The translations under genes were made by a program, and so were the position numbers. A DNA stretch of 64,000 nucleotides from a virus (taxonomy: Duplodnaviria > Caudoviricetes). The stretch lies in the IMG/VR virus record IMGVR_UViG_3300034073_003276. One strand, 5' to 3'. The notes beneath the pieces are model-generated. The model searched no databases and was not told the DNA's origin. It worked only from the letters and a program-made list of their open reading frames with translations. Below are positions 8,819 to 17,673 of this stretch, piece after piece; position 1 is the first letter of the stretch; every line of letters begins with the position of its first letter.

Positions 8819-8951
8819 AAAAAGAAGCGTCCCCGCTTTGGAGACGCTTCTTGAGTGCTTGGCGGCGTGCCTTTGCTTGTCGGAGTGCTTGCGGTTTCAA
8901 TTTCCGCTTCTGCTCCTTCTTAGAGTGGTGCTGCCAGTTTGGAAGTTTCAT
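8814..8951 (-). CDS. small basic protein, 45 aa (MKLPNWQHHSKKEQKRKLKPQALRQAKARRQALKKRLQSGDASFL); not in the ORF track
   Basis: TAATG coupling with the g46 stop at 8951; open frame to the TAA at 8814. Confidence 0.7.
   Translation of the reverse strand: MKLPNWQHHSKKEQKRKLKPQALRQAKARRQALKKRLQSGDASFL
8817..8852 (-). terminator. rho-independent terminator
   Basis: Minus strand AAGAAGCGTC-TCCAAAGCGGG-GACGCTTCTT followed by a T-run. Confidence 0.75.
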
Positions 8952-10678
8952 TAGTCTTGTGCTTGTGAGGACATCATACGGGAAAAACCCTTGACTTTCT
9001 CAAAACGGAGGACACTTTCAAATTTGTCATGTAGCTCTGCCTTATGAGAGATGACGAATATATTAGCATCCTTAATGACATAACGAATAATCTTCAAAAA
9101 CTCATCGGTGCCGAAACCATCAAGTGAGGAATCAAATACCTCATCCATAATCAGCAGATTAGTATTCACAGAGTTTTTGACTCTTGCTACTTCTCTCCAG
9201 GTAAAGAGTAGTGCTAGGTCGATTCTCATTTTCTCACCTTCACTGAAGGAACTATACGAAAAGTCTTCGTGAATGGGAGATTTCACCGTTTCATTAAACT
9301 CTTCATCAAGATGGAAATTAATATAAAAATCCATCATCTGAAGATAACGATTGACCTGCTGATTTATGAAGGGAAGATACTTTTTAATAATCTTCGTTTT
9401 TACACCATCATCCTTGAGTAAGGAATAGGCGAAATCGTAATAAACGATTTCTTCTTTTTTCTTTGAGAGGTCTTCGAATGTTTTTTGGAGATTTTCTTTA
9501 AATTCTTCTAGTTTCTCATGTTCAGTATTTCTGTTTTTAAGTTGCTCGGTAATTGTTTGAATTTCAGTTTCAAGATCTCGGATTTGTCGCTGGTTAAGTG
9601 ATATCCGAGTATTGTTTTGAGAAATCTCATGGTTGAGTTTTGTAATCTCCTTAGATAGAGCAATAAATTGACGCTCTCGTTCTTGTTCTATCTTTATGGT
9701 CTCTTCCAGGTCTTCATAACCCTTCTTGAGTTCCTTTGCTTTATTTTGAGCGTCTGTAATTCTATTTAACCGAAATTCTTCCTCAATAGTCTGAGTACAA
9801 GTGGGGCATACCGTATTCTCAGTGAAAAACTTATGCTCTTTCGTAATGACAGATACTTTCTGGGAAATTTTACCTCTTAGATTGTTTAGTTTTACTAACT
9901 TTTCACCAGCACCAACAACTTCTTCCTGCTCCTTTGTATATTGAATAATGCCTTCCTCGGTCTTAGCATTTTCAATCATATAAATGCCAACTTCTTTGTC
10001 TAGATTGGCAATCTTTTCTTTATTGGCATTTATATTGGCATTTCCACGATTCTCAAGTTCTTCGATGAAGTTTTGCTGCATCTTCATCTTCTCTTTCAAA
10101 TTCTCTTTACGCAACTCAAGAGATTTCACTTGATCTTTCTGTGTGCGAATTCTATCCTTGATGAGATTATTCATCGCAGAGAAAATACGAATATCAAGCA
10201 AATCTTCAATTACCTCACGACGATGTGCCGTTGGGAGTTGCATAAAGGGCACAAAGGTGCTACTACCCAAAATTACAATCTGAGTAAAAGACTTATAATT
10301 TACTTTGAGAATATTTTCTTCCAGAATTTTTTGATTTGCGCGGTCATCTGCTTCCTTATGGAGTGATTGACCATTTACTTCAATGTCAAAAACATTTGGT
10401 TTAATTCCACGGCGGACAAGATAATCTCTACTATTCGTCGAGAATTCAATTTCAACTAAACAATCTTTTTCATTTGCAGTATTGACTAGTTGTGGTTTAT
10501 TGATTTTACGAAATGGTTTGTTGAAAAGAACAAAAGTAAGTGCATCTAGGATAGTAGATTTACCTGCACCATTCGTCCCAATAATCAGATTTGTATTGTG
10601 CTTCTCAAAATCAACCTCAGTCCACTGATTACCAGTAGAGAGGAAGTTTTTCCATTTAATCTTGTGAAATACTAGCAT
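8951..10678 (-). CDS. g46: recombination exonuclease subunit gp46 (SbcC/Rad50-like)
   Basis: WKNFLSTGN, Walker A GTNGAGKS, CPTC zinc hook, FSEGEKMRIDLAL signature, LIMDEVFD, ISH. Confidence 0.97.
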   Translation of the reverse strand: MLVFHKIKWKNFLSTGNQWTEVDFEKHNTNLIIGTNGAGKSTILDALTFVLFNKPFRKINKPQLVNTANEKDCLVEIEFSTNSRDYLVRRGIKPNVFDIEVNGQSLHKEADDRANQKILEENILKVNYKSFTQIVILGSSTFVPFMQLPTAHRREVIEDLLDIRIFSAMNNLIKDRIRTQKDQVKSLELRKENLKEKMKMQQNFIEELENRGNANINANKEKIANLDKEVGIYMIENAKTEEGIIQYTKEQEEVVGAGEKLVKLNNLRGKISQKVSVITKEHKFFTENTVCPTCTQTIEEEFRLNRITDAQNKAKELKKGYEDLEETIKIEQERERQFIALSKEITKLNHEISQNNTRISLNQRQIRDLETEIQTITEQLKNRNTEHEKLEEFKENLQKTFEDLSKKKEEIVYYDFAYSLLKDDGVKTKIIKKYLPFINQQVNRYLQMMDFYINFHLDEEFNETVKSPIHEDFSYSSFSEGEKMRIDLALLFTWREVARVKNSVNTNLLIMDEVFDSSLDGFGTDEFLKIIRYVIKDANIFVISHKAELHDKFESVLRFEKVKGFSRMMSSQAQD

Positions 10679-10931
10679 TTTTAGGAGGAATTACAATATC
10701 GTCAGGAGTGATCACAGCATACTTGTAATTATAGAGCTTACAAGTCTTTATGGCAAGGTCGTCGTCAACTTCAACAACATCCATTTCTTGGTCTTCTTGG
10801 TCTTCAAGCATCAAAGCATATCGAGTAGCATCATCTTCTTCTTCAAAGAGAAATAAAACTTTATGTCCGTATTGGTCTTGGACGGCATAAGCACCATCGT
10901 CTTTTCTATCTTTGAGAGTGAGAAGAAACAT
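10656..10931 (-). CDS. acidic hypothetical protein between g47 and g46
   Basis: 91-aa ORF abutting both neighbours. Confidence 0.75.
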   Translation of the reverse strand: MFLLTLKDRKDDGAYAVQDQYGHKVLFLFEEEDDATRYALMLEDQEDQEMDVVEVDDDLAIKTCKLYNYKYAVITPDDIVIPPKNASISQD

Positions 10932-11972
10932 TTACTCTACCTCGCAAGCTTGTCGATAAAGATCTTGAAAAATACCTTTGATAATGTTTTTATCAAATTC
11001 AAACTCTGCTTCGTCAATATAACGATTTAGAATTGACATTGTATTTTCTTCTTCATCAATCTCAAAATCTTCGTTTTCCTGAATATCAAAGTTTTCTACA
11101 ATCTTGAGATCTTGGATTCCTGCCGTGTAAAGTTTGTCGATAAACTTCTCAAAATCTTTTTGTTTAGATTTTTTACGAACAATTACTTTGACAATCTTGT
11201 TTTCATATTCGGTAGTGTCGAATAGTTGGTAAGGAGTATCCTCATAATAAATGTTATAGAATAATTTATAAGGATTGTTGATTGGAGTGTGCTCTAATGT
11301 TTCCGTATCAAAAATATGGAAACCACGAGTATCATTCACATCAGTCCAATACATCTCATAAGGATTGCCTAGGTAGAAGACTTTTCCGTTATTCGATCGA
11401 GTGTGATAGTGTCCCGAGTAGACCCTATCGAACTTCTCAAATAGTTTGCTCTCCAAACCGTGCTCCATGATGAGTTGTCGATTAACTCTAAATCCTTGGA
11501 GCTCAAGATGCCCCATCGCACATTTGCTAGTCGTCTTTTCAATAATTTTAAGAGTTTTTGCTTCATTTTCTTGATTAATCCACGGTAAAAATAAAATCTT
11601 CAATCCACCAATATTAACTTCAGTCGGGTCACTATAAGTCTTTATATTAGAATACGTCTGAAGGAGAAGTCCTGGAGAATTTACACTATTGGTATTCTTA
11701 AAATATACATCATGGTTTCCTGTCACCAAATGTATAGTTATTCCCATCTCAGCAGCAGGGTCAAACACAACCCTTTTAGACCACTCTAATGCTTTAAAAT
11801 CTATAGATTTTCTATTATCAAAACAATCTCCCATATGAATAATTGTTTTGATATTCTTTTCCTTTAAAGTTGGAAAGAATACATTTTTATAAAATAATTC
11901 AAAATAATCGTGAAGATGTTGAGAAGTCTTTTTTGCACCGTAATGTGTATCACAAATTAAACCCACCTTCAC
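10932..11972 (-). CDS. g47: recombination endonuclease subunit gp47 (SbcD/Mre11-like)
   Basis: Metallophosphoesterase motifs DTH, GDCFD, GNHD, GH, SGHYH, GNPY; GTG start overlapping the HNH stop. Confidence 0.96.
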   Translation of the reverse strand: MKVGLICDTHYGAKKTSQHLHDYFELFYKNVFFPTLKEKNIKTIIHMGDCFDNRKSIDFKALEWSKRVVFDPAAEMGITIHLVTGNHDVYFKNTNSVNSPGLLLQTYSNIKTYSDPTEVNIGGLKILFLPWINQENEAKTLKIIEKTTSKCAMGHLELQGFRVNRQLIMEHGLESKLFEKFDRVYSGHYHTRSNNGKVFYLGNPYEMYWTDVNDTRGFHIFDTETLEHTPINNPYKLFYNIYYEDTPYQLFDTTEYENKIVKVIVRKKSKQKDFEKFIDKLYTAGIQDLKIVENFDIQENEDFEIDEEENTMSILNRYIDEAEFEFDKNIIKGIFQDLYRQACEVE

Positions 11973-12604
11973 TTTTGTTGTCTCCTACTATTTTCTTTTG
12001 CGGTTTTCATAAGATGCTCTTCGCGTGTAATAATTTGAAGATTGTTGGGATGATGCAACCCACCCTCAAATAAGGGAATAATGTGATCTACATCATACTG
12101 CATACCAGTAGTAAAAGTCAAGTGTTGTGCTTGCTGATATATGTCCTGAATTTGACGAAGTTCTTCTTCAGTAATTTCTATCGGTATTCCTTGTTTTAAT
12201 CTAGCAAATCTTCTTCTTTGTTTTTCATAATTTACTGCTTTTCCTCTTTCACTTTTAGAATATTTTCTTTTAATTGAATTTACTAACTCTCTATTATCCT
12301 CATAATATTTTTGTTTCTTTTCTTTTGTTCTATAAGAAGACATCAACTCTTTATTGTTAAGTTTTTCCAATCCCTTTGATATAGCACAAGGGACACAGTT
12401 ATAACTACTCACATATTTTTCATAACTACCACAATGTTTACAAGCAGTAGAACCGATATAAGTTTTTTTACCTTCCTCAATTGCTTTCTCCCGAGCAGCA
12501 CTTTTTTGAGTATACCCTTTTAATTTTGCCCTTTCTTTATTTTTCAATAGATTTTCCGCCATTATTTTTTTTCGTTCTTCTGGCGTGTATTTTGGTTTAG
12601 TCAT
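11969..12604 (-). mobile_element. free-standing HNH homing endonuclease gene between g55 and g47
   Basis: C-terminal VDHIIPLFEGGLHHPNNLQIITREEHLMKT, CxxC...CxxC zinc finger, AT-rich; probable ATG at 12604 with GGAG at 12617-12620. Confidence 0.88.
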
Positions 12605-12609
12605 ATCTA

Positions 12610-12658
12610 TTTCTAACTCCAAAGTATAAAATTATTTATAACATTTAGGAGTTAGAAA
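12610..12658 (-). promoter_or_regulatory. RBS-sequestering hairpin with a late promoter in its loop
   Basis: 11-bp inverted repeat tttctaactcc (12610-12620) / ggagttagaaa (12648-12658); TATAAATA at 12633-12640 lies between the arms. Confidence 0.82.
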
Positions 12659-12661
12659 AGG

Positions 12662-13177
12662 TCACTTATTTCTATATTGAATAGCATCTTTAATACTGTT
12701 GTATTCACTACTATGCCCAGAAAGCAAGCTGTCGTCAACCATCATAACCTCATCAAACCCTGTGCGTTCGATAATCTTGGTCTTGATATCGAGTTGCTTC
12801 TTTTCCTTTTGAATTCTTCTCAAGAATGCGTAGTGAATAATTTGAGTAAAATATGCGAAAGGATTCTTTGACTTTTCAGGGTCAAAGTTATGAATATATT
12901 GAACGCAGTTTTCAATGCCATCAGAAATCATATCCTCACGAAACATATAATTCACAAAGTTTGGTTTATATGAAAGGTGAGTAGCAATCTTCAGAAAACA
13001 TTCTCCAAGATAATTCGGAATGGGTGGTTTACCTTCCCAATGCTTGCCTCTATCTTCTTTAGTGGGGTTTCTATCGAACTTCTCATTGAATGACTTTTCG
13101 ACCTTGGATCGATACACAATCATTGCTTCTAGAAGTTCTTTGTTGTTTACATAGTGTTCTGTCTTTTTCTTAGGCAT
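12662..13177 (-). CDS. g55: late transcription sigma factor gp55
   Basis: HYVNNKELLEA...YLGECFLKIATHLSYKPNFVNY..REDMISDGIENC..Y..NFDPEKSKNPFAYFTQII.YAFLRRI.KEKKQ. Confidence 0.97.
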   Translation of the reverse strand: MPKKKTEHYVNNKELLEAMIVYRSKVEKSFNEKFDRNPTKEDRGKHWEGKPPIPNYLGECFLKIATHLSYKPNFVNYMFREDMISDGIENCVQYIHNFDPEKSKNPFAYFTQIIHYAFLRRIQKEKKQLDIKTKIIERTGFDEVMMVDDSLLSGHSSEYNSIKDAIQYRNK

Positions 13178-13209
13178 AGCATTGGACTTATATAATATAG
13201 GTTATGCTT

Positions 13210-13260
13210 ATTATACCATAACCTATGGGGCTTGACAAGTTATAATATTGTGTGTAGACT
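13210..13260. promoter_or_regulatory. overlapping divergent sigma70 promoters
   Basis: Minus: TTGTCA(13238-13233)-17nt-TATAAT(13215-13210) facing g55. Plus: TTGACA(13232-13237)-17nt-TAGACT(13255-13260). Confidence 0.65.
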
Positions 13261-13287
13261 ACCTTTGTCCCGGTTGAAGATAAGGAT

Positions 13288-13695
13288 CTAGACTTCTTTA
13301 ATACCTTTAAAGATTCTTTCAAGGCTCTTGCGAGCATCTTCAACTGAGGATAGATATCCCATCTTAGGAGAGGGTTTTACTTGACCTGAAGGACTATAAA
13401 CATCAATAGTATCATCATCTTGAATATAGTTGTTGTAAATATCAATTATTTTATTATCTTTAGTCTCAGTCATTGTAATAATCTTATCAAGTTTTACAAT
13501 AAAGAAATCATCATCAGACAATTCCATCCAAGGTTTAACTTTTAAATATGTTCCTTGTTGATTATTAAAAGACTTCATTGTCACTGGATTTTGAAGCACT
13601 AAGACAGGATCTCCATCATTATCATCAATTAAGACTAACGATAGAATCTCTTCACCTGATACTAATTTTATAATTGCGTAAAACTCTTCTCCCAT
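13288..13695 (-). CDS. hypothetical protein downstream of uvsW (possible Sm-like fold)
   Basis: 135-aa ORF coupled to uvsW; FYAIIKLVSGEEI...LQNPV...KVKPWM. Confidence 0.75.
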   Translation of the reverse strand: MGEEFYAIIKLVSGEEILSLVLIDDNDGDPVLVLQNPVTMKSFNNQQGTYLKVKPWMELSDDDFFIVKLDKIITMTETKDNKIIDIYNNYIQDDDTIDVYSPSGQVKPSPKMGYLSSVEDARKSLERIFKGIKEV

Positions 13696-15158
13696 TAGTT
13701 TTTAAAAGGTATGTTTACAATATCATAATTGAAGTTTTCTTCATTGTAGACTTTGATTCTTTCGATTAAGTGATTGAGTGTATAATTCTTTCTTGACTTA
13801 TAACTGATATCATCGGCAATGTCATATAGAGTTGCCTTTGTCTTATTATTTCCTTTTCTTAAGACTCGTCCGATTGATTGGAGGTTTCTGATTCTTGATT
13901 TACTAGGGGAAGCAAAGATAACATTATGTAAATTTCTGATGTTAACACCAGTAGAAAAAGTACCGTAAGAAGCAACGATGATTGCATTATTTTCTTTTTC
14001 AGTGATTTCTCTTACTTTTTCACGATTTTCGGTATCAACACCACCATGGACAAAGAAGACATGACGATCTTCATTGATACTCTTATTTATTAAATCATAT
14101 AAGGGTTGACCGTGACCTTCAACACGGGCAAAGAGAATCAAAGTGTTTCCTTTCAAATCAAGAGCAAGATTCTTAATAAACTTATTTCTTTTCTCATGAT
14201 TGATAATATACTGAACTTCATCTTCAAAAGTCTCAAAACGATTCGGTGGGTGTTTCAATAGAAGAATGTTGATGTCTAATGTAGCAACATGACCTTTCTT
14301 CATTAACTCATCAGTTTTAATAATCTTATAAGAAGGACCGAATAATCCTTCTAAAACCCACTTATGAGTCTGACTTCCATCCAGTGTTCCTGTAAATCCG
14401 AAACGATATTTACAATCAGAAAGTTTTGTCATTATAGATACTAATGACTTTGATTTAAACTGGTGTGCTTCATCTCCTACGACCACATTAAATCTTGAAA
14501 AATATTGACGGGGGAGTTTGTAGATGGACTGCCAGGTAGTGATAATCACCTGAGAATCCGTTTCTCTTTCTTTCCCAGCGTAAATTTTGTGGCAGTATGA
14601 ACCCACATCAAACCCATAATCTTCAAAATCTTTATACATCTGCTCTACAAGGGATGTCGTTGGGACAACTACGAGAATATTTTGTCCTTTCTCAACGTAA
14701 TATCTCACAATTGAGTATATCATCAATGACTTTCCAGAAGCAGTTGGAGATATCAACAACTTTCTATTATGTCTTAATGCGTCGTATACTCCCTCAACTT
14801 GGTAGTCGCGGGGAGCGTACTTGCAGATAGAATTCATATAATCTTTTACACCTTCCTTTGAGATGTGCTCATTTACCTCAAAAGGAAGACCATAATACTT
14901 ATTGTTTCGAAACTCATAAGTGTATTCATGTTGCTCACAGAATCTTATGAGTTTATCTAATAGACCGACGTATATTTCTCTTGTATTAACGTTAAACAAA
15001 TAAATGTAACCATCCCACCACTTATTCTTGTAGGCAGGTGCGAATTTAGCATTTGGAACTTCAAATTGAAATGCGTCTCTTAATTCATAATAGACGTGTG
15101 GTTCTGCCTCAACTTGAAGAAATACCTCATTCTTTTTTGAAATAATCAAATGTGACAT
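13695..15158 (-). CDS. uvsW: RNA-DNA/DNA helicase UvsW (SF2)
   Basis: PRDYQ, SPTASGKS, DEAH, FTGTLDG, FSTGVNI, QSIGRVLR. Confidence 0.97.
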   Translation of the reverse strand: MSHLIISKKNEVFLQVEAEPHVYYELRDAFQFEVPNAKFAPAYKNKWWDGYIYLFNVNTREIYVGLLDKLIRFCEQHEYTYEFRNNKYYGLPFEVNEHISKEGVKDYMNSICKYAPRDYQVEGVYDALRHNRKLLISPTASGKSLMIYSIVRYYVEKGQNILVVVPTTSLVEQMYKDFEDYGFDVGSYCHKIYAGKERETDSQVIITTWQSIYKLPRQYFSRFNVVVGDEAHQFKSKSLVSIMTKLSDCKYRFGFTGTLDGSQTHKWVLEGLFGPSYKIIKTDELMKKGHVATLDINILLLKHPPNRFETFEDEVQYIINHEKRNKFIKNLALDLKGNTLILFARVEGHGQPLYDLINKSINEDRHVFFVHGGVDTENREKVREITEKENNAIIVASYGTFSTGVNIRNLHNVIFASPSKSRIRNLQSIGRVLRKGNNKTKATLYDIADDISYKSRKNYTLNHLIERIKVYNEENFNYDIVNIPFKN

Positions 15159-15191
15159 TCATAACGTATCAGTTATGATTATTTATTTCTG

Positions 15192-15623
15192 TTAGTTAAA
15201 CCCTGCTTGGAAACGGTTCCATTCAATTGCGTTCTTGATTTGGAATGTTCTATTGGAGACTGTTTTAATAATCTCCTCAAGAAACTTCAGCATGATATCA
15301 TAGTATCTGATTTTGAGATCTATTTTATTCAGTCTCTCATCGGCGTCCATATGCCTCTGTAACGCCTCTTTGTCTCTAACTTTATAAGGAAATGGTTCTT
15401 CAACATAAACCTCTGCTGGCGCCTTTCCTGTGTAGTAGTTGTATCTTTCTAATTTGACCCTACTATAAGTTTCTCTCGCCTTCTCTCTCAGAAGAGTGAT
15501 TGTATTGTATATGGTATAATATTTGGAATGAAGTTGTGGAATTTTTAAAGATTCATCGTGTAAATTATCAGGGTCTATGACAGAATCTCTCTGCCACATC
15601 TCCTGGATTTCATCAAGATTCAT
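15192..15623 (-). CDS. uvsY: recombination mediator UvsY
   Basis: PQLHSKY...YYTGKA...R.FQIKNAIEW; position between g3 and uvsW. Confidence 0.9.
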   Translation of the reverse strand: MNLDEIQEMWQRDSVIDPDNLHDESLKIPQLHSKYYTIYNTITLLREKARETYSRVKLERYNYYTGKAPAEVYVEEPFPYKVRDKEALQRHMDADERLNKIDLKIRYYDIMLKFLEEIIKTVSNRTFQIKNAIEWNRFQAGFN

Positions 15624-16162
15624 AGACCTGTGGTAATGTTATAAACAGTATACTTGAAAGATACCTCTGCTGTAAAGTATTGGATATCAGTTTGCGTCGA
15701 ATCAAATTCAAGAGAACTTAATGAAATAGGAAATAAGTCTTTGAATTTAACAATAGCATTTGTATTATAGTTACTATCTAAAATATAAAGACTACCATCA
15801 CTAAATGCTCTTTTTGGATCCAATGGTTGAGTTAAATCATCATCATTAGTCAATAAATCTCTATAGTCTTGAGTGGTTTCTGGAAATCCCAATCCAGTTA
15901 ACCAGTTATGAATTGCCATATAATTGACAATATCTTCATCAACTAAAAATCTTAAGTTTAAATCACCATACTGAAGTTTTCCTCCGGGAATATCAAGGTC
16001 CTTGAGATATGTTGGTTGTTGCAATACTGATAGTGTAATCTCAGGAATTCTTGCAGAATTGCAGAAAAAGTTTACCTTTGGTTCTTTTGCTAAGGTAAAC
16101 TTAAAACCAACTGGTGAAAGAAAATTTCTATTTTGTATCTGATTTGCAAAAGCAGATGCCAT
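15620..16162 (-). CDS. g3: tail completion / tube terminator protein gp3
   Basis: NRNFLSPVGFKF...PG.KL.YGDL.LRFLVDED..NY..IHNW...FKDLFP.SLS; follows g23. Confidence 0.9.
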   Translation of the reverse strand: MASAFANQIQNRNFLSPVGFKFTLAKEPKVNFFCNSARIPEITLSVLQQPTYLKDLDIPGGKLQYGDLNLRFLVDEDIVNYMAIHNWLTGLGFPETTQDYRDLLTNDDDLTQPLDPKRAFSDGSLYILDSNYNTNAIVKFKDLFPISLSSLEFDSTQTDIQYFTAEVSFKYTVYNITTGL

Positions 16163-16184
16163 AATGTTTTATTTGTATTTAGAT

Positions 16185-16212
16185 AAAAAAAGAGGGTCCC
16201 GAAGGACCCTCC
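16185..16212 (-). terminator. rho-independent terminator after g23 (cUUCGg tetraloop)
   Basis: Minus strand GAGGGTCC TTCG GGACCCTC TTTTTTT. Confidence 0.92.
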
Positions 16213-16232
16213 CGAAAGAGTTGTGAATTAAA

Positions 16233-17624
16233 TCACATGAGGTTAGCAACCTTAACTCTTCTGTAGTAGTTGTTTGCGTTGGTGGTCAGAGCACCTGCGC
16301 CTGCGTCGATACCCTGTGCGAATGGGTTTGCAACCATTCCGTAACGGGTCTTAAAGCCGATCTTAGGCTGGAAGGTGTTCTCTCCAACTGCACGAACCAT
16401 CTGCAGAGGAACGTATGGGCAGTAGAAGATACCTGCGTCATAAGGTGAAGAACCCTTATAACCAACAACGTAAAACTGGTTAGCAGATACGTTTGCTGAA
16501 TATGGGTCGATATAGACGCGATACTTGCCTTGAAGGACTCCAGCAAAGGTGTTGCCAGTGTCATCGACATTCAGGTTAGCGTTAAGTGCAGGGGTGTAAT
16601 CAAGGACACCAGCCATTGCAAGTGCTGAAGCAACGTCAGCAGAGCAAAGGATAGTGTTACCCTTTCCTCTACGAGTTTGCTGAGCAATCGCGTTAGCGTC
16701 GCGCTCGATTTGGAAAATAAGACCCTTGAACTTCTCAACCGACCAACGACCGTTGGAGTCAACGTCGAGGTCAAAAGTACCAGCAGAAGCGGTGTTGACT
16801 TGAGCACCAGGCTTAGCAACCTTATAGATTGTTCTGATGACTTCGCGGTTGATTTCAGCAAGAATTTCGCTAGACAGAATATTAGCGAGTTCTGCTTCTG
16901 CATTCAGACCGTGAATTGCCTTCAGGTCCTGAGCAAGCTCAAGGCTGTATTCTGCTTTCAGAGCGCGGCTCTTAGCAGTAACGGTGACCTTCTCGATTGA
17001 GAATGCCATCTCGTTGAATTGTGCTCCACCAGACTCGCCAAGTGACTCAGCGTTGTCGGTTCTCATGCCCTGACCAACGTTATATGCTTGCTGGTTGGCG
17101 TTGGTAGCATCGAGGATTGAGGGGTTGCTTCCTGCCTGAGCAGTAGTACCCATACCAACGGTGCCGTTAGTCCAACCTTCGGTCTGAGTAAAGGTTGATC
17201 CCTGACCAGAGTATGCAGAATCTACTTCATTGTAGAATGTCTCGTCTCCAGCCTGGTTGGTGTAACGAGAGCGCATTGCGAAGATAAGTCCAGTAGGACC
17301 ATTCATTGGTTGAACGCCACAAAGATCGTAAGCGATCAGGTTAGGCATCGAGCGTCTGATTAATGAAATCAGTACTGGGTCGAAACCTTGAAGTGCTCCA
17401 GTGCTGCTACCACTGAGACCTGTGCCGGTACCAGTTGAAGTGCTAGTGAAGTTGGTTGGTGCTTCGGATAGAAAATCACGCTCTTCGCGGATTTCTCTTT
17501 CTTGGTTTTCTAGCAGGATTGCAGTTACCGCTCTACGATGTGAATCTTTGATTCCATCCATTCCTTGATAGTCAAGGATAGGAGCCCACTTCTCCTGCAG
17601 ATACTCGGTGTTGTACATCTGCAT
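16233..17624 (-). CDS. g23: major capsid protein gp23
   Basis: EKWAPILD, FLSE|A maturation site, DPVLISLIRRSMPNLIAYD, KSRALKAEYS.ELAQDLKAIHGL, FQPKIGFKTRYG. Confidence 0.99.
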   Translation of the reverse strand: MQMYNTEYLQEKWAPILDYQGMDGIKDSHRRAVTAILLENQEREIREERDFLSEAPTNFTSTSTGTGTGLSGSSTGALQGFDPVLISLIRRSMPNLIAYDLCGVQPMNGPTGLIFAMRSRYTNQAGDETFYNEVDSAYSGQGSTFTQTEGWTNGTVGMGTTAQAGSNPSILDATNANQQAYNVGQGMRTDNAESLGESGGAQFNEMAFSIEKVTVTAKSRALKAEYSLELAQDLKAIHGLNAEAELANILSSEILAEINREVIRTIYKVAKPGAQVNTASAGTFDLDVDSNGRWSVEKFKGLIFQIERDANAIAQQTRRGKGNTILCSADVASALAMAGVLDYTPALNANLNVDDTGNTFAGVLQGKYRVYIDPYSANVSANQFYVVGYKGSSPYDAGIFYCPYVPLQMVRAVGENTFQPKIGFKTRYGMVANPFAQGIDAGAGALTTNANNYYRRVKVANLM

Positions 17625-17673
17625 TTGATTTTTTACCTCTTTAAAAAGTTTTGTTTGATTTATTATTTAAAAA

